Shown: positions 1 through 9,462 of the stretch, piece by piece
Numbering within the stretch: position 1 is the stretch's first letter
Layout: the number at the start of each line of letters is the position of its first letter
NCBI GenBank assembly: GCA_044226015.1
Contig: JBGAHS010000008.1
Coordinates: forward strand, 64,001 to 128,000
Origin: Candidatus Obscuribacteraceae bacterium
Lineage (GTDB): Bacteria > Cyanobacteriota > Vampirovibrionia > Obscuribacterales > Obscuribacteraceae
Direction: 5' to 3'
Length of the DNA stretch: 64,000 bases
Program-made: the position numbers and the translations under genes
Notes under the pieces: model-generated
Database searches by the model: none
What the model was told of the DNA's origin: nothing
What the model saw: the letters and a program-made list of their open reading frames with translations, nothing else

Positions 1-198
1 AACAAATAACAAGTCTATAGCTGGGTTCACGATCCACAATTTCGATGACACCGTCGAAGCGGGCTGAGGTCCGGGTTCGGCGGAATCCGATGGTCCTTCA
101 TGCAAGCCCGAACTGAGTAGCGAAACAGAAGAAGGGCTTTTGTCCGCACTGTAACACTCAGAGTTAATGGTTTGAGTAACTCTCTTCATTGATAGCAT
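1..198 (-). CDS. N-terminal part of a probable membrane protein, running off the left edge
   Basis: My translation: open frame from ATG 198 (or ATG 189) to position 1, MLSMKRVTQTINSEC...SSKLWIVNPAIDLLFV. A Ser/Pro-rich leader leads into a hydrophobic WIVNPAIDLLF segment. Same strand as the neighbouring genes. Confidence 0.55.
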   Translation of the reverse strand, partial: MLSMKRVTQTINSECYSADKSPSSVSLLSSGLHEGPSDSAEPGPQPASTVSSKLWIVNPAIDLLFV

Positions 199-303
199 AA
201 GTAGGAATCACGAAATCGGCTGTAGTAATGATTTCAGCGTAAACTGCTTTTGAGCAAATTCCTATTGCCCTGAAGTCACTCTTGCACATGGCAAAAGTCA
301 TTC

Positions 304-1125
304 CTAATGAGCGGATTCAAAAAGAATGACAGGCGTGTGCAAATCTGCGTCTAATTTTTCATTAGCACGCCCCTGGCTAACTGCTATTTCCAAATAGCCA
401 TGACTGCCAACAAATGCGACAGGCATACCAGTTTCTCCTGAGGAGTAAGTATTAGTAATTCGTCCGATGGCTTTCTTTCCAACCTGGCAAAGAGCAGCGT
501 TTTTGACAAGTTCTTTGCCAATATTGCTAATCAAATTTCCGAAACGATCGACATAGACAACGGAACCTTCAACACGATTGTTCTTGACCTTCACTTCCGG
601 AAGAGGCAATCTGACCAAATCTGCAGGATCAATCTTCGAACCTAAATCTGCAAGTGCAACACCGTTTGCAAAATGTGAGGCAACCGGTGCAAACAAATCA
701 CGCGCATGGAATGTAGTTGAAATTTCATCGCGCCAGTATCTATCAACGTTTAGTTCATAGGCTTGCAACTCTTGCTCAGAAGAGAGACGCAAAATATCAG
801 AAAACAATCCGTTATCAGGTCCGATGAAATATTGATTGTGAGCCGCGATGGCAATTGCTCTGCGCTTTGAACCAACACCAGGGTCCACAACAGCTAAATG
901 AATCGTCCCTGACGGAAAATAGCGAAAAGCGTTCGCGATTATCCACGAGCCAGCTGAGATGTTCCATGGTGGCACATCATGACTCAAGTCAATTAGTTCG
1001 GCAGCCTCGCAGATACCGGCGATTACACCTTTGACGATACCGACATATCCATCACTAGTTCCAAAATCAGTTGTAAGCGTGATGATCGACTTCTTCTTAG
1101 TCAAGTTCAACTCCGCTCTAAACAA
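304..1125 (-). CDS. SAM hydroxide adenosyltransferase (DUF62, SAM-dependent hydrolase/halogenase family)
   Basis: Motifs ITLTTDFG, VVDPGVGSKRR, GPDNG, TFHARDLFAP, VDRFGNLISN. The Asp-Arg-His residues typical of the hydrolase subgroup are present. Confidence 0.9.
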   Translation of the reverse strand: MFRAELNLTKKKSIITLTTDFGTSDGYVGIVKGVIAGICEAAELIDLSHDVPPWNISAGSWIIANAFRYFPSGTIHLAVVDPGVGSKRRAIAIAAHNQYFIGPDNGLFSDILRLSSEQELQAYELNVDRYWRDEISTTFHARDLFAPVASHFANGVALADLGSKIDPADLVRLPLPEVKVKNNRVEGSVVYVDRFGNLISNIGKELVKNAALCQVGKKAIGRITNTYSSGETGMPVAFVGSHGYLEIAVSQGRANEKLDADLHTPVILFESAH

Positions 1126-1127
1126 GT

Positions 1128-1748
1128 CTATGCGTCAAAATCTGGAAATGGGCTTCGTGTTCCAAAAAGAAAGACCTGTTCTGGTGCATCGAGCGCCTCA
1201 TGCAACTCAGCAACACTCTTACCTAGAGTAGGATGCATGAACTCTGGTGCAATTTCCAGCAGCGGAACCAGCGCATAAGCACGTTTCGTCAACCCAGGAT
1301 GCGGAATCATCAAATCTGGCAACTTCACCCGCTTGTCACCATAGAAAAGAATATCGAGATCAATGATACGAGCTTTCTTAATTTCACCATCTGAGCACTG
1401 TGTAAGTATCTCCGGTCCATCCACTCCAATCATTGCAGCAAGGCGTCGTTCGATTTCTTTGCACACTTTCATAAGTTCGCGCGGTGGCAAACATGTTTCG
1501 ATAGCAGCAACTGCATTGACAAACCACTCTTCATATTCTGTGCCAACAGGCTCTGTTTCATAAATGCTTGAGCATTCCACGACTTCAATATCAGGATAGT
1601 CCTTCAAAAGCTGCATCGCTTGCTGAACATAGCCAAGTCGATCGCCTTCATTAGAGCCGAGCCCGATGAACGCACGAACCCAGTTATCACCTTTTTCTGG
1701 TTTGTCTATTTGCTCTTCTTCTGACACGTTGTGCCTTGCCTTATGCAT
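1128..1748 (-). CDS. folK: 2-amino-4-hydroxy-6-hydroxymethyldihydropteridine diphosphokinase (HPPK)
   Basis: AFIGLGSN, SSIYETEPVG, FVNAV, RIIDLDILFY, IPHP, LVPLLEIAP. Confidence 0.92.
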   Translation of the reverse strand: MHKARHNVSEEEQIDKPEKGDNWVRAFIGLGSNEGDRLGYVQQAMQLLKDYPDIEVVECSSIYETEPVGTEYEEWFVNAVAAIETCLPPRELMKVCKEIERRLAAMIGVDGPEILTQCSDGEIKKARIIDLDILFYGDKRVKLPDLMIPHPGLTKRAYALVPLLEIAPEFMHPTLGKSVAELHEALDAPEQVFLFGTRSPFPDFDA

Positions 1749-1994
1749 TGACGAGACTAAGCTTCCTCGGTCTCATCGAAACTGAATAGACCCAGATTAT
1801 AGCGGCTCGCAATTATTTTTTCTGCGGAAAGCAAGAATTCAAGCGATAAAATGGACTAAGACCGATGTCAATGCCCTGACAGGACGTAAGCAATAGACTC
1901 TGTACATCCTCTAGAAAACCGGCTGAGGCATTTCTCGCGAGACAACAGAAGTCACTGTTTAATGGTTACCGAGCCTATAATTCTGGCAAGCACG

Positions 1995-2696
1995 CTAATT
2001 CAGAATTGCATCCATCACAGCTGCAGTGTCAGCAAGAGAGTCAAAAAGGAAATCAGGGTTCAGCTCAGACAAAGTTTCCTTGCTCGTCTTGCCGGTTGCA
2101 GTGATAATGCATTTCACACCATACCCTTTGGCGCACAATACATCGTTAACCGCATCACCGATGATTACAATCTCGCTGCGATCAAATTCCTTACCAAATA
2201 CATCCTTTGCGCGCTTATGAGCAAATAGTGGCAAATCCATACGATTTGCTGAGTCCGAACCAAACGCGCCGAACACAAAATAGTCGTTGAGGGAATGCGG
2301 CTTAAGCTTGAGTCGGGCACCGGCTTCAATGTTTCCCGTGAGCAATCCTAGATAGCACTCAGGATGAGCCTCCAACTCTTTTATCAAATCCACAACGCCG
2401 TTGTGCAGACCGATTCTGTTTGTTCCTTCAATTTCATTTTCCAACAATTCAAGATAGACCTTGAACGTAAGCGGCAGCTTCTCATCTATCTCTTCTTTGC
2501 TGTAGCCATGCTTAGCAAGAAGTTCATAACAAATTTGCGGGTCGGTCTTTCCCGACATGTTATGCTGCGATGCATCAACAGAGTCATCAAAGACCTGACG
2601 CAAAGCAGCTTGAATAGCTCTGCGACCAACTCCGTCAGAGAATATGATTGTCTCGTCGATATCGAACAAGACGAGTCGTCTGTTAACTGGCACCAT
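1995..2696 (-). CDS. HAD-superfamily hydrolase (phosphoglycolate phosphatase-like)
   Basis: Motif I LFDIDET, SGKTD, motif II LLTGN, GAFGSD, motif IV IIGDAVND. Confidence 0.88.
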   Translation of the reverse strand: MVPVNRRLVLFDIDETIIFSDGVGRRAIQAALRQVFDDSVDASQHNMSGKTDPQICYELLAKHGYSKEEIDEKLPLTFKVYLELLENEIEGTNRIGLHNGVVDLIKELEAHPECYLGLLTGNIEAGARLKLKPHSLNDYFVFGAFGSDSANRMDLPLFAHKRAKDVFGKEFDRSEIVIIGDAVNDVLCAKGYGVKCIITATGKTSKETLSELNPDFLFDSLADTAAVMDAILN

Positions 2697-2705
2697 ATGT
2701 GAGAG

Positions 2706-5513
2706 TCATACTTCCGCTTTAGATGCTGCTGCTATCAGCGAAACTGCAGCGTTCGGGGTTTCAGCTTCCTGAGTGATGGGTTCAATTGCAATATCTTCAA
2801 TCGGTGAAACATGAACTGGTTCTGGGTCGTTCCAGACACAGACTCGGTTGCGTCCGCCACGTTTTGCAACGTACAGCGCTTTGTCAGCCTTATCAATCAA
2901 CTCTGACGGTGTTTCTGCATGCACCGGGTAGAAGGCAGCACCTATGGATGTAGAGATATTACCCAGACCAGGAACAGGATTGCGATTGATGTTCTGACGC
3001 AGACGTTCTGCGATGAGCAAGGCTTCGCTCAATGGAGTTTCTGGAAGAATTACGGCGAATTCTTCACCACCATATCGAGCTGCAATGTCACCAGAACGCA
3101 GCAAATTCTTCAATACTGTTGCGACTTGTCTGATTGCAGCGTCACCGATTGGGTGGCCCATGGTGTCATTGATCAGCTTGAGTTTGTCGAGATCAAGCAT
3201 GAGCAAAGAGCATGGAGAACCTTTTCTGTGAGCGCGTTTGAATTCTTCGGCAAGCTTGTTCTTGAAGTAAACATGGTTGTATAGACCAGTCAAACCATCT
3301 GTGATAGCTTGATGTTTGACTTGTGCAAATAGCTCTGCGTGTGAAATAGCGACTGCGAGCTGGTCAGCAATTGCGCCAGCTAGTCGGATTTCACCCGAAT
3401 GCCATTCACGTTCGACTCGGCATTGATGCATGATCAAAACACCAAGTAAACGTTCGTTCTGTAACAGCGGTGCTGCGATTAACGAACGCGAACCAATTTT
3501 GCGCAAGAATTCTTTGTATGCGTAAGTGCGGTGATCGATTTCTACATCAACGATTGCTGAAATCGGAATTTCGCCCGTGTTCTCGTCAGAGAAATCACGC
3601 AGTTTCATCAAATCAATTCCGAGCAAATTGTTCAAGTCGAATGTATCAGAGTTCGGGTCGAAGTCGAGGTGAGAATCATAAAGACTCAAACCTTTACTCG
3701 ATGACATGTCGTCCGCATGAAACTCATGAGTTACAACTAGCGGTCCTTCAGCACGAGGCATTGCGATTTGACAGTAGTCGAGTCCAAGAGCCTTGCCGAG
3801 TTCGCCAGTGACAGTGCTCAAAATGGTATCAGTGTCCAGCGACGCTCTGATAGAACGAACTATATTATTGATGAGGAATTCTTGTTCAGCCATCGTCTTG
3901 GTCTTAGTGAACAAGTTCGCATGCTCCATTGCCAGAGCGACGTGGTTTGCTACAGCTTCGACCAATTCAAGTTCAAGATCGAACCAGGCACGGCGAACAT
4001 CACATTGTTGAACGAGAATCATACCGACAGCACGATCAGCAAACACAATTGGACAAGCAATCAAAGATTTGATGGAACGCCAATCTTCAGGTGAAGACTC
4101 TTCCCTTTCCACTAGCGGAGTGAATGAATGGGCATCCATCACATCGAGAGAGAGAATGGCTTTTTGTTCCAAAATCAACTTCAGCATACTGTTCTCTGTG
4201 ATTAGCACAGAGCAATTACTCAATGGTGTGCCGCCTTTTGTTGGATCCCACCATACATAGTTGAATTCCAATTCACTGCCTACCAGACTGCCACGATTTG
4301 AGCCAAAGAGTGCCAAACAGCAGCGACTGCTGGACAGAGCCTGTCCAAGTTCGGTCACGGTTGTATTCAAAATCTGGTCGAGGTCTAACGACTGCCTGAT
4401 TGAGTCAGCCACTTTTTCAACCATCTGTTTATAGTCGCGATTCAACTCAAGGTTAATCGCCATTTGATTGAACGCGCGAGCCAACAAACCGAGTTCGCCA
4501 CCCTGCTTGATGGTGACTCTCTTGCTAAGATCGCCCCGACCTATCGCAACGGCTTCGCGAACAAGTTCATTAATAGGACCTGTGAAATAACCTGTAACTT
4601 TGTACGCCAACGCAGAGGAAACACCAATTGCCATAAGTGCTGAGAACAGCATCATCAACAATCGATCATGTGCAGATCCATATATGGTGGCAGATGGAAT
4701 TCCTGCGACAACAATCCATTGTGTCTCTGGAACACGATCAAACGCATAGGTGCGCAAGGTCGGGTCAGCTATGCCTACAGCCTCGAACACACCTCGTGTC
4801 TTTTGCGAAGCATGCTCAACTGACTTAGCATGGGTAAAGTCTTTTCCCATCCACTGGTCTGGATCGATTGTTCTTGTGAGAACCTTTTTGTTCTGGTCAA
4901 TTACGGCAATAACAGCGCTTCGGTCTTGTCCTAAGCCACTGAACAGACGCAGAATGGCTGAGGGACTTACACTTGCCACAAGCACGGTATCAACCTGGTT
5001 GTTCTTCATTATTGGTACGCCGAACAAAATTGATGGCTTACCGGTGAAAGGGCAGTTTTGGTAACCAGACACACCGGTGTCGGCTTCATCAACAATGTTC
5101 TTGAAGAACTCCAGCTTGCGAAGTTTCTCTTCAGCTCGGGCAGCCACTGGAGCGCTCGAATTTAGAATTTTGCCGTTGCGGTCGACTTGAATTACCGCAT
5201 TCCAGTCACGCTGAGTTAGAGCCGTGTTTTCGAGTATTCTGCGATTGTCTGGATTTCGCCTATCCTGAATATCGGGAATCAAACTGAGAGACTGCAGTTC
5301 AATCTCTTGTGTCGCAATCCACTGGGAAAGACTTCTAGCCGCTATTTTGTCCTGGAAAGCCACGGTGGTCTTAGCTGCGGCAGCTAGCCCCTGGTATTCC
5401 TTCCAGATAATGAGTGCACAGATGCAGAGCAGTGGAATTGAGACAGCAGTGCAAACAAGCAGAATTCTGCTTCTGATGTTCATTTCACTGATACGAGGTT
5501 TTAGAAAAGACAT
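2706..5513 (-). CDS. Membrane sensor diguanylate cyclase (TM-Cache-TM-HAMP-GAF-GAF-GGDEF)
   Basis: Two TM helices flank a periplasmic domain. HAMP (ELGLLARAFNQMA), two GAF repeats (IRQSLDLDQIL, IRASLDTDTIL), TDGLTGLYN, DLDKLKLIND, and RSGD I-site before RYGGEEF. Confidence 0.93.
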   Translation of the reverse strand: MSFLKPRISEMNIRSRILLVCTAVSIPLLCICALIIWKEYQGLAAAAKTTVAFQDKIAARSLSQWIATQEIELQSLSLIPDIQDRRNPDNRRILENTALTQRDWNAVIQVDRNGKILNSSAPVAARAEEKLRKLEFFKNIVDEADTGVSGYQNCPFTGKPSILFGVPIMKNNQVDTVLVASVSPSAILRLFSGLGQDRSAVIAVIDQNKKVLTRTIDPDQWMGKDFTHAKSVEHASQKTRGVFEAVGIADPTLRTYAFDRVPETQWIVVAGIPSATIYGSAHDRLLMMLFSALMAIGVSSALAYKVTGYFTGPINELVREAVAIGRGDLSKRVTIKQGGELGLLARAFNQMAINLELNRDYKQMVEKVADSIRQSLDLDQILNTTVTELGQALSSSRCCLALFGSNRGSLVGSELEFNYVWWDPTKGGTPLSNCSVLITENSMLKLILEQKAILSLDVMDAHSFTPLVEREESSPEDWRSIKSLIACPIVFADRAVGMILVQQCDVRRAWFDLELELVEAVANHVALAMEHANLFTKTKTMAEQEFLINNIVRSIRASLDTDTILSTVTGELGKALGLDYCQIAMPRAEGPLVVTHEFHADDMSSSKGLSLYDSHLDFDPNSDTFDLNNLLGIDLMKLRDFSDENTGEIPISAIVDVEIDHRTYAYKEFLRKIGSRSLIAAPLLQNERLLGVLIMHQCRVEREWHSGEIRLAGAIADQLAVAISHAELFAQVKHQAITDGLTGLYNHVYFKNKLAEEFKRAHRKGSPCSLLMLDLDKLKLINDTMGHPIGDAAIRQVATVLKNLLRSGDIAARYGGEEFAVILPETPLSEALLIAERLRQNINRNPVPGLGNISTSIGAAFYPVHAETPSELIDKADKALYVAKRGGRNRVCVWNDPEPVHVSPIEDIAIEPITQEAETPNAAVSLIAAASKAEV

Positions 5514-5724
5514 TGTTCCTTACACCTAATCGGCTTTGCCCGGTTCTCTTTCAAGCTATCAACCACATAGCCATTTTCGCCTTGCCCTGCTAGCAAAATT
5601 ATAAGTACTTTGGGGGAGAAGCCAAGGGGCTGAGTGTCAAATCGTGGTGATCCTGCCATGGTTAGAGAATTAATAATGCTTAAGCTGAACTGGACCGAAA
5701 TATCCAGTGTACCTACACTTCCTC

Positions 5725-5753
5725 GCAACTCTGAAAGGAGTTGTTTTTGGTTT
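5725..5753 (+). terminator. Intrinsic-terminator-like hairpin inside the divergent intergenic region
   Basis: GCAACTCT-GAAA-GGAGTTGT stem-loop followed by TTTTGGTTT, about 85 nt upstream of CDS 5837. Confidence 0.4.
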
Positions 5754-5836
5754 AGATTGTGCGAAACAATTCGTCTCCGAACCTTTTCAAGTTCAGTTTG
5801 GCTATTCCTAAAACTAATTTGGGCATTTAACATTAA

Positions 5837-6403
5837 GTGGGGGGATTCGGGAAACTGGTGGCTGATAACTTACTAAAGTCGGCAATTGCGAGTCGAAGGC
5901 AAACTGTCTTCGGAACGTCGGTTTTGATGGCAGGTTTTTCAATAGCCATTCTCTGCTTCTGCCATCTGATTTTTGTTCAAACCACACCCGAATCACTATT
6001 CTCAAGCCAGCAACAAGAAAGTATGTTTTTTGATTTGTTTGGTTTTATCAGTGCGTCCTGGCTGCTTTGCTGGGTTTCGACCCTGAATTCATGGAATATC
6101 GCCTCAAAGCTGGGACAGTGGATCGGGCTTATTTGCTTGTGTGTAGACCAGGGAAACCTGATCGGCATCTGGAGAGCAGTAATAGAGTCAGGCTCATTTA
6201 CGCGAGGACTCTGGCTCGCACCAATGTTTTTGCAAGTTTATCTGATCGGTTCATTTTTTGGATTTTTTACTCTTCCCGGATTGACGCGAGACGGAAATCG
6301 CACCCTCACTGGACTCGGAACGCTGGCGCTGCTGCTGCCCTGGCTTATTGCGCGGAACGAAATCGTTGAAGGGTTGCAGCGATTGCAGGGATTATTCTGT
6401 TAG
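5837..6403 (+). CDS. Hypothetical integral membrane protein
   Basis: 188-aa ORF with about five hydrophobic segments. Start codon uncertain; no family recognised. Confidence 0.6.
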   Translation: MGGFGKLVADNLLKSAIASRRQTVFGTSVLMAGFSIAILCFCHLIFVQTTPESLFSSQQQESMFFDLFGFISASWLLCWVSTLNSWNIASKLGQWIGLICLCVDQGNLIGIWRAVIESGSFTRGLWLAPMFLQVYLIGSFFGFFTLPGLTRDGNRTLTGLGTLALLLPWLIARNEIVEGLQRLQGLFC

Positions 6404-6425
6404 CGATCGCAGGGATTGCTCGCGA

Positions 6426-7079
6426 CTACAGTGCTGGCGGACGGTCCTCAGTTATTCTATGAAAACAGCTCTGCTGGGACAAATTCTCAACCAATTTCTC
6501 CATGCATGCTTCACGCTCAGATCCACAAATTGCCATAAGTTCTTCTTTCAGCAATGGCGTTAAAACTAAAACAAGCGCATCATTTTCTGGCAATTGAATT
6601 TTGGTGGGAATCGCATCAGCACCAACAGTAACAAGAACTCCGATTGTTCCCTTGTCTGTAATGTATCGCGCTGGAGCCTCCACATCGTATAACTCAATGG
6701 TGCCCCAACCTTTTCCTTCGTAAGCCGAGCGAATATTGGGATTACTCGCAAGCAAAAAACTTGCTTGAAATACTAATTCGTATGCCCAACTACTAACAAC
6801 AGCATCAAAATCAGCAAGCGTTCTGGAGGTCTCCACGGCGACTTCAACGCCAATCTGAAAACCATCTTCAGCAGGGTCGCTAAGTCCATTCGAAAAAATA
6901 ACTGTAGAATTCTCTCTTTGAACGACCTGCCAACATTCTCTTACTGGCCAGGCAGGAAGCCCCTGAAGCGAGTACGAAACAATCGGAGAGATGCTAATTT
7001 TGGTATCGCCGAGTGCGGCAAAATACTGCTGCCTGGCCACAGCATAACTGTGAACAAGGGTCTCACGGTCGTTGCTCAT
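6426..7079 (-). CDS. Suppressor-of-fused (SuFu)-like domain protein, candidate immunity protein
   Basis: FSNGLSD followed by GVEVAVET, a W-containing helix, and a late LTPLLKEEL segment match the pattern of bacterial SuFu-like proteins (by eye). Confidence 0.55.
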   Translation of the reverse strand: MSNDRETLVHSYAVARQQYFAALGDTKISISPIVSYSLQGLPAWPVRECWQVVQRENSTVIFSNGLSDPAEDGFQIGVEVAVETSRTLADFDAVVSSWAYELVFQASFLLASNPNIRSAYEGKGWGTIELYDVEAPARYITDKGTIGVLVTVGADAIPTKIQLPENDALVLVLTPLLKEELMAICGSEREACMEKLVENLSQQSCFHRITEDRPPAL

Positions 7080-7306
7080 CCAGTGTACGTGGTGTTGCGG
7101 TTGTACCAGGCGCTTGTAGCTACATCCTGCTTGGTTCGTCGCGATTCGAAGCGTTCTTCCATAGGCACATTTCTGTACGTAATGTTCACTCTTCGAGCGT
7201 AAGCTCCTACCTGTCTAACGAAATCTTCCCACAGATGTTTTGACGCCGTAGTCTCATCAGCGGGACGAGCAGTCATATAACGAGGATTTTTTGTTTTAAG
7301 CATCAT
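7076..7306 (-). CDS. Short basic ORF, possibly a gene remnant, coupled to the SuFu-like gene
   Basis: 76 aa. Its TGA overlaps the next ATG (ATGA at 7079-7076). An in-frame stop lies 9 codons upstream of its ATG. Confidence 0.35.
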   Translation of the reverse strand: MMLKTKNPRYMTARPADETTASKHLWEDFVRQVGAYARRVNITYRNVPMEERFESRRTKQDVATSAWYNRNTTYTG

Positions 7307-7665
7307 ACGCCACCAGGAAAATTGCCTTGCCTACTCTGAGACTAAGATACTCTATTTACTGGCAATTACCAGCGTATTTTTACGATCACCCGAATCTCTT
7401 TCAATGCACGGCTTTTCAGCCTACCAAGTCAAAAGAGTCTACGTAGTTTTCCGCCAGTAAAATACGATTGAAGCATGGCGTCTACGCACTTCTTGAGAGA
7501 AAACAAGCTTACGAGAAGTCTAAGGCACAAATCATATGCCACCATATGTAGCACCAGGCCAAATCAAGATATCCCTCGATTTTTATAGGAATGGATAGAG
7601 CTCACTCCGCCCTTACTTGATTAGCTCGGTCTGAGAAACCGCTGCATTAACGGGGCTTAAAGGCA

Positions 7666-7700
7666 AAATAAAACAGTTTTTGAAGAGAAATAAAACAGTT
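7666..7700. repeat. 13-bp direct repeat AAATAAAACAGTT x2
   Basis: Exact copies at 7666-7678 and 7688-7700, 22-bp period. Confidence 0.75.
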
Positions 7701-7842
7701 AATAATGCCCCATAGTATGCCCAAAACCAATACAGGGCAATGTCTGAAGGAAATCAATTTATTTAAATGCAGCGCACTAACTTTTTTCTCAGGCTTGTCA
7801 AGGCTGCCACACCTATAATTCGAGCCGTGCTTGGGGAATCAG

Positions 7843-7884
7843 CTGACACACATTGTCTCTTAGTTTCAGACAGTGGAATGTCAG
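7843..7884 (+). promoter_or_regulatory. Stem-loop in the 5' leader of CDS 7904, downstream of a TATAAT at 7814-7819
   Basis: CTGACA/TGTCAG outer stem and CATTGTCT/AGACAGTG inner stem with one G-U pair. Confidence 0.35.
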
Positions 7885-7903
7885 ATACTAGAAAAAGGTA
7901 TCG

Positions 7904-9109
7904 ATGTCGCTTCTATTTACGAATCTGTTCAGCGCCGTGGTGATTGCTATCGCCGTGTGCACTGCATTTGAATTGTGGAAGCATCGGCACAGCCTCTTCA
8001 AAGACGAACTCGATGATGACACCAAAACCCTGGCCTGGCGCGTAGTGCTGTTCATCGTACTTCCGCTAATCGTGTGGATGGACCTTCGAACAACAGTTGT
8101 AACGGCCGAGCATTTTGGTGGCTGGATACAAGAATGGAATTATGGATTACTCTGGTTCTCCGCAATTCCACAGAGCTTGCCGCATGCAGACTTGCTCGTA
8201 CCCGTACTTTTTGCAGGAGTTGTGATGCAACTTTTGCTGGCAGTCTGCCTTCTGCCCTCATTGTTCTTTCGTCCACATCCGTTCGTTGCAAGCATCATCA
8301 CTTATACTATTGCAATTATTCTTGCAAACAACCTCGTCATCGATCCGCTTCTGGGCCTGGCTGGCGCCGGAAGCTCTCGCTGGCAGCTGTGTTTCAGCAG
8401 CCTACCAAAAGACTACCTGACTCTGATTCTGGGAGTTTACGCTTGTTTCACCGCAGGATTTTTCCTGGGAATGAGAAGCAAGCGCGTACGTATTTGGTTT
8501 GCTGATTTAACCAGCCCAGTTCTCGCAGAACAATTGCGCATTGCAATTTCAGAAACGAACCTGGATCGCAACAATCAGTATCAACTTTGCAGACTATCTA
8601 TTTTATTTGACCGAGCTGGAATGCGTAGCAATGCGGCTAAGGAACTTGCCTCATTGAAGAAGATCAGTTCTGAGAGTTTGTACTACTTACTGGCAGAAGG
8701 ACTGTTTCAGTATCGCCGCCGCGACTACGAAAAGGCTGAGCTTGCATTCAAGAAAGCGGCATTGCAAGCTGAGGTAAACGATGTACTGCGTGGTCAATTC
8801 TTCTCAGCAGCCGCATGCGCCTCATTTGCAAAAGGCAACATACCTGTATCTCTAAATCTTGCGGACAGAGCACTCGAGTTTGATAACAACTCCGTTGTTG
8901 CCAGAATGGTTAAAGTCGATGCTTACCTCAAGCAAGGCAAGAAGGAACAAGCCGGAGACGAAGTTCTAAATGCACTTCGACTTGGTCTGGATTTCGAAAT
9001 CGAGGAAAGGCTGCCTATCGACACTGAAATGGCGTTGCGTCAAATTTTCCGTTTGGAAAAAGCAGCTTCAGCGAAAAGAAAAGACTCCAAAGAAGTCGCA
9101 ATTCCTTAG
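7904..9109 (+). CDS. Membrane protein with C-terminal TPR-like repeats
   Basis: Five to six hydrophobic segments in the N-terminal half, then TPR-like helices (DYEKAELAFKKA, ADRALEFDNNSVVARMVK). Confidence 0.75.
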   Translation: MSLLFTNLFSAVVIAIAVCTAFELWKHRHSLFKDELDDDTKTLAWRVVLFIVLPLIVWMDLRTTVVTAEHFGGWIQEWNYGLLWFSAIPQSLPHADLLVPVLFAGVVMQLLLAVCLLPSLFFRPHPFVASIITYTIAIILANNLVIDPLLGLAGAGSSRWQLCFSSLPKDYLTLILGVYACFTAGFFLGMRSKRVRIWFADLTSPVLAEQLRIAISETNLDRNNQYQLCRLSILFDRAGMRSNAAKELASLKKISSESLYYLLAEGLFQYRRRDYEKAELAFKKAALQAEVNDVLRGQFFSAAACASFAKGNIPVSLNLADRALEFDNNSVVARMVKVDAYLKQGKKEQAGDEVLNALRLGLDFEIEERLPIDTEMALRQIFRLEKAASAKRKDSKEVAIP

Positions 9110-9152
9110 TGCATAAATGTTCACTCAATCTTGAATAAGCGCGCTTGAAAGC

Positions 9153-9193
9153 CGAGGTGAGGATTCCCAATCCCCAGCGAGGTGAGGATTCCC
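9153..9193. repeat. 16-bp direct repeat CGAGGTGAGGATTCCC x2
   Basis: Exact copies at 9153-9168 and 9178-9193. Confidence 0.8.
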
Positions 9194-9399
9194 CACGATA
9201 ACAATCCCTGAGCATGTCGTTGAAAATATGGCGTCCAACAGCGAGATCATCTCAGCAAATGGCAAGTGCCGTCCATTAAATCCACGGGAAAGGATCCTTG
9301 TCGCTCGAAAACCAGAACCAAATCAGAAACTGAGAATTGGAAATCTAGAAGCCTGGTGAATTCTTGTCGGATACTTCGCTGAGTTGGCTGTGAAAGCTC

Positions 9400-9447
9400 A
9401 AAAGCATAAGGGACCTGGCAGCATGCCCGGTCCCTCGAATCTTATGC
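9400..9447 (-). terminator. Probable terminator of etfBA
   Basis: GGGACC..GGTCCC stem with inner GGCA/TGCC, alternative outer GCATAAG/CTTATGC pairing, and TTTT following on the minus strand. Lies 15 nt past the etfA stop. Confidence 0.6.
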
Positions 9448-9462
9448 GCTTGCCGCAAAGAA

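Noticed and set aside
304..1125. Fluorinase or chlorinase
   Set aside because: TFHARD together with the VVD..R residues fits the hydroxide adenosyltransferase subgroup rather than the halogenases.
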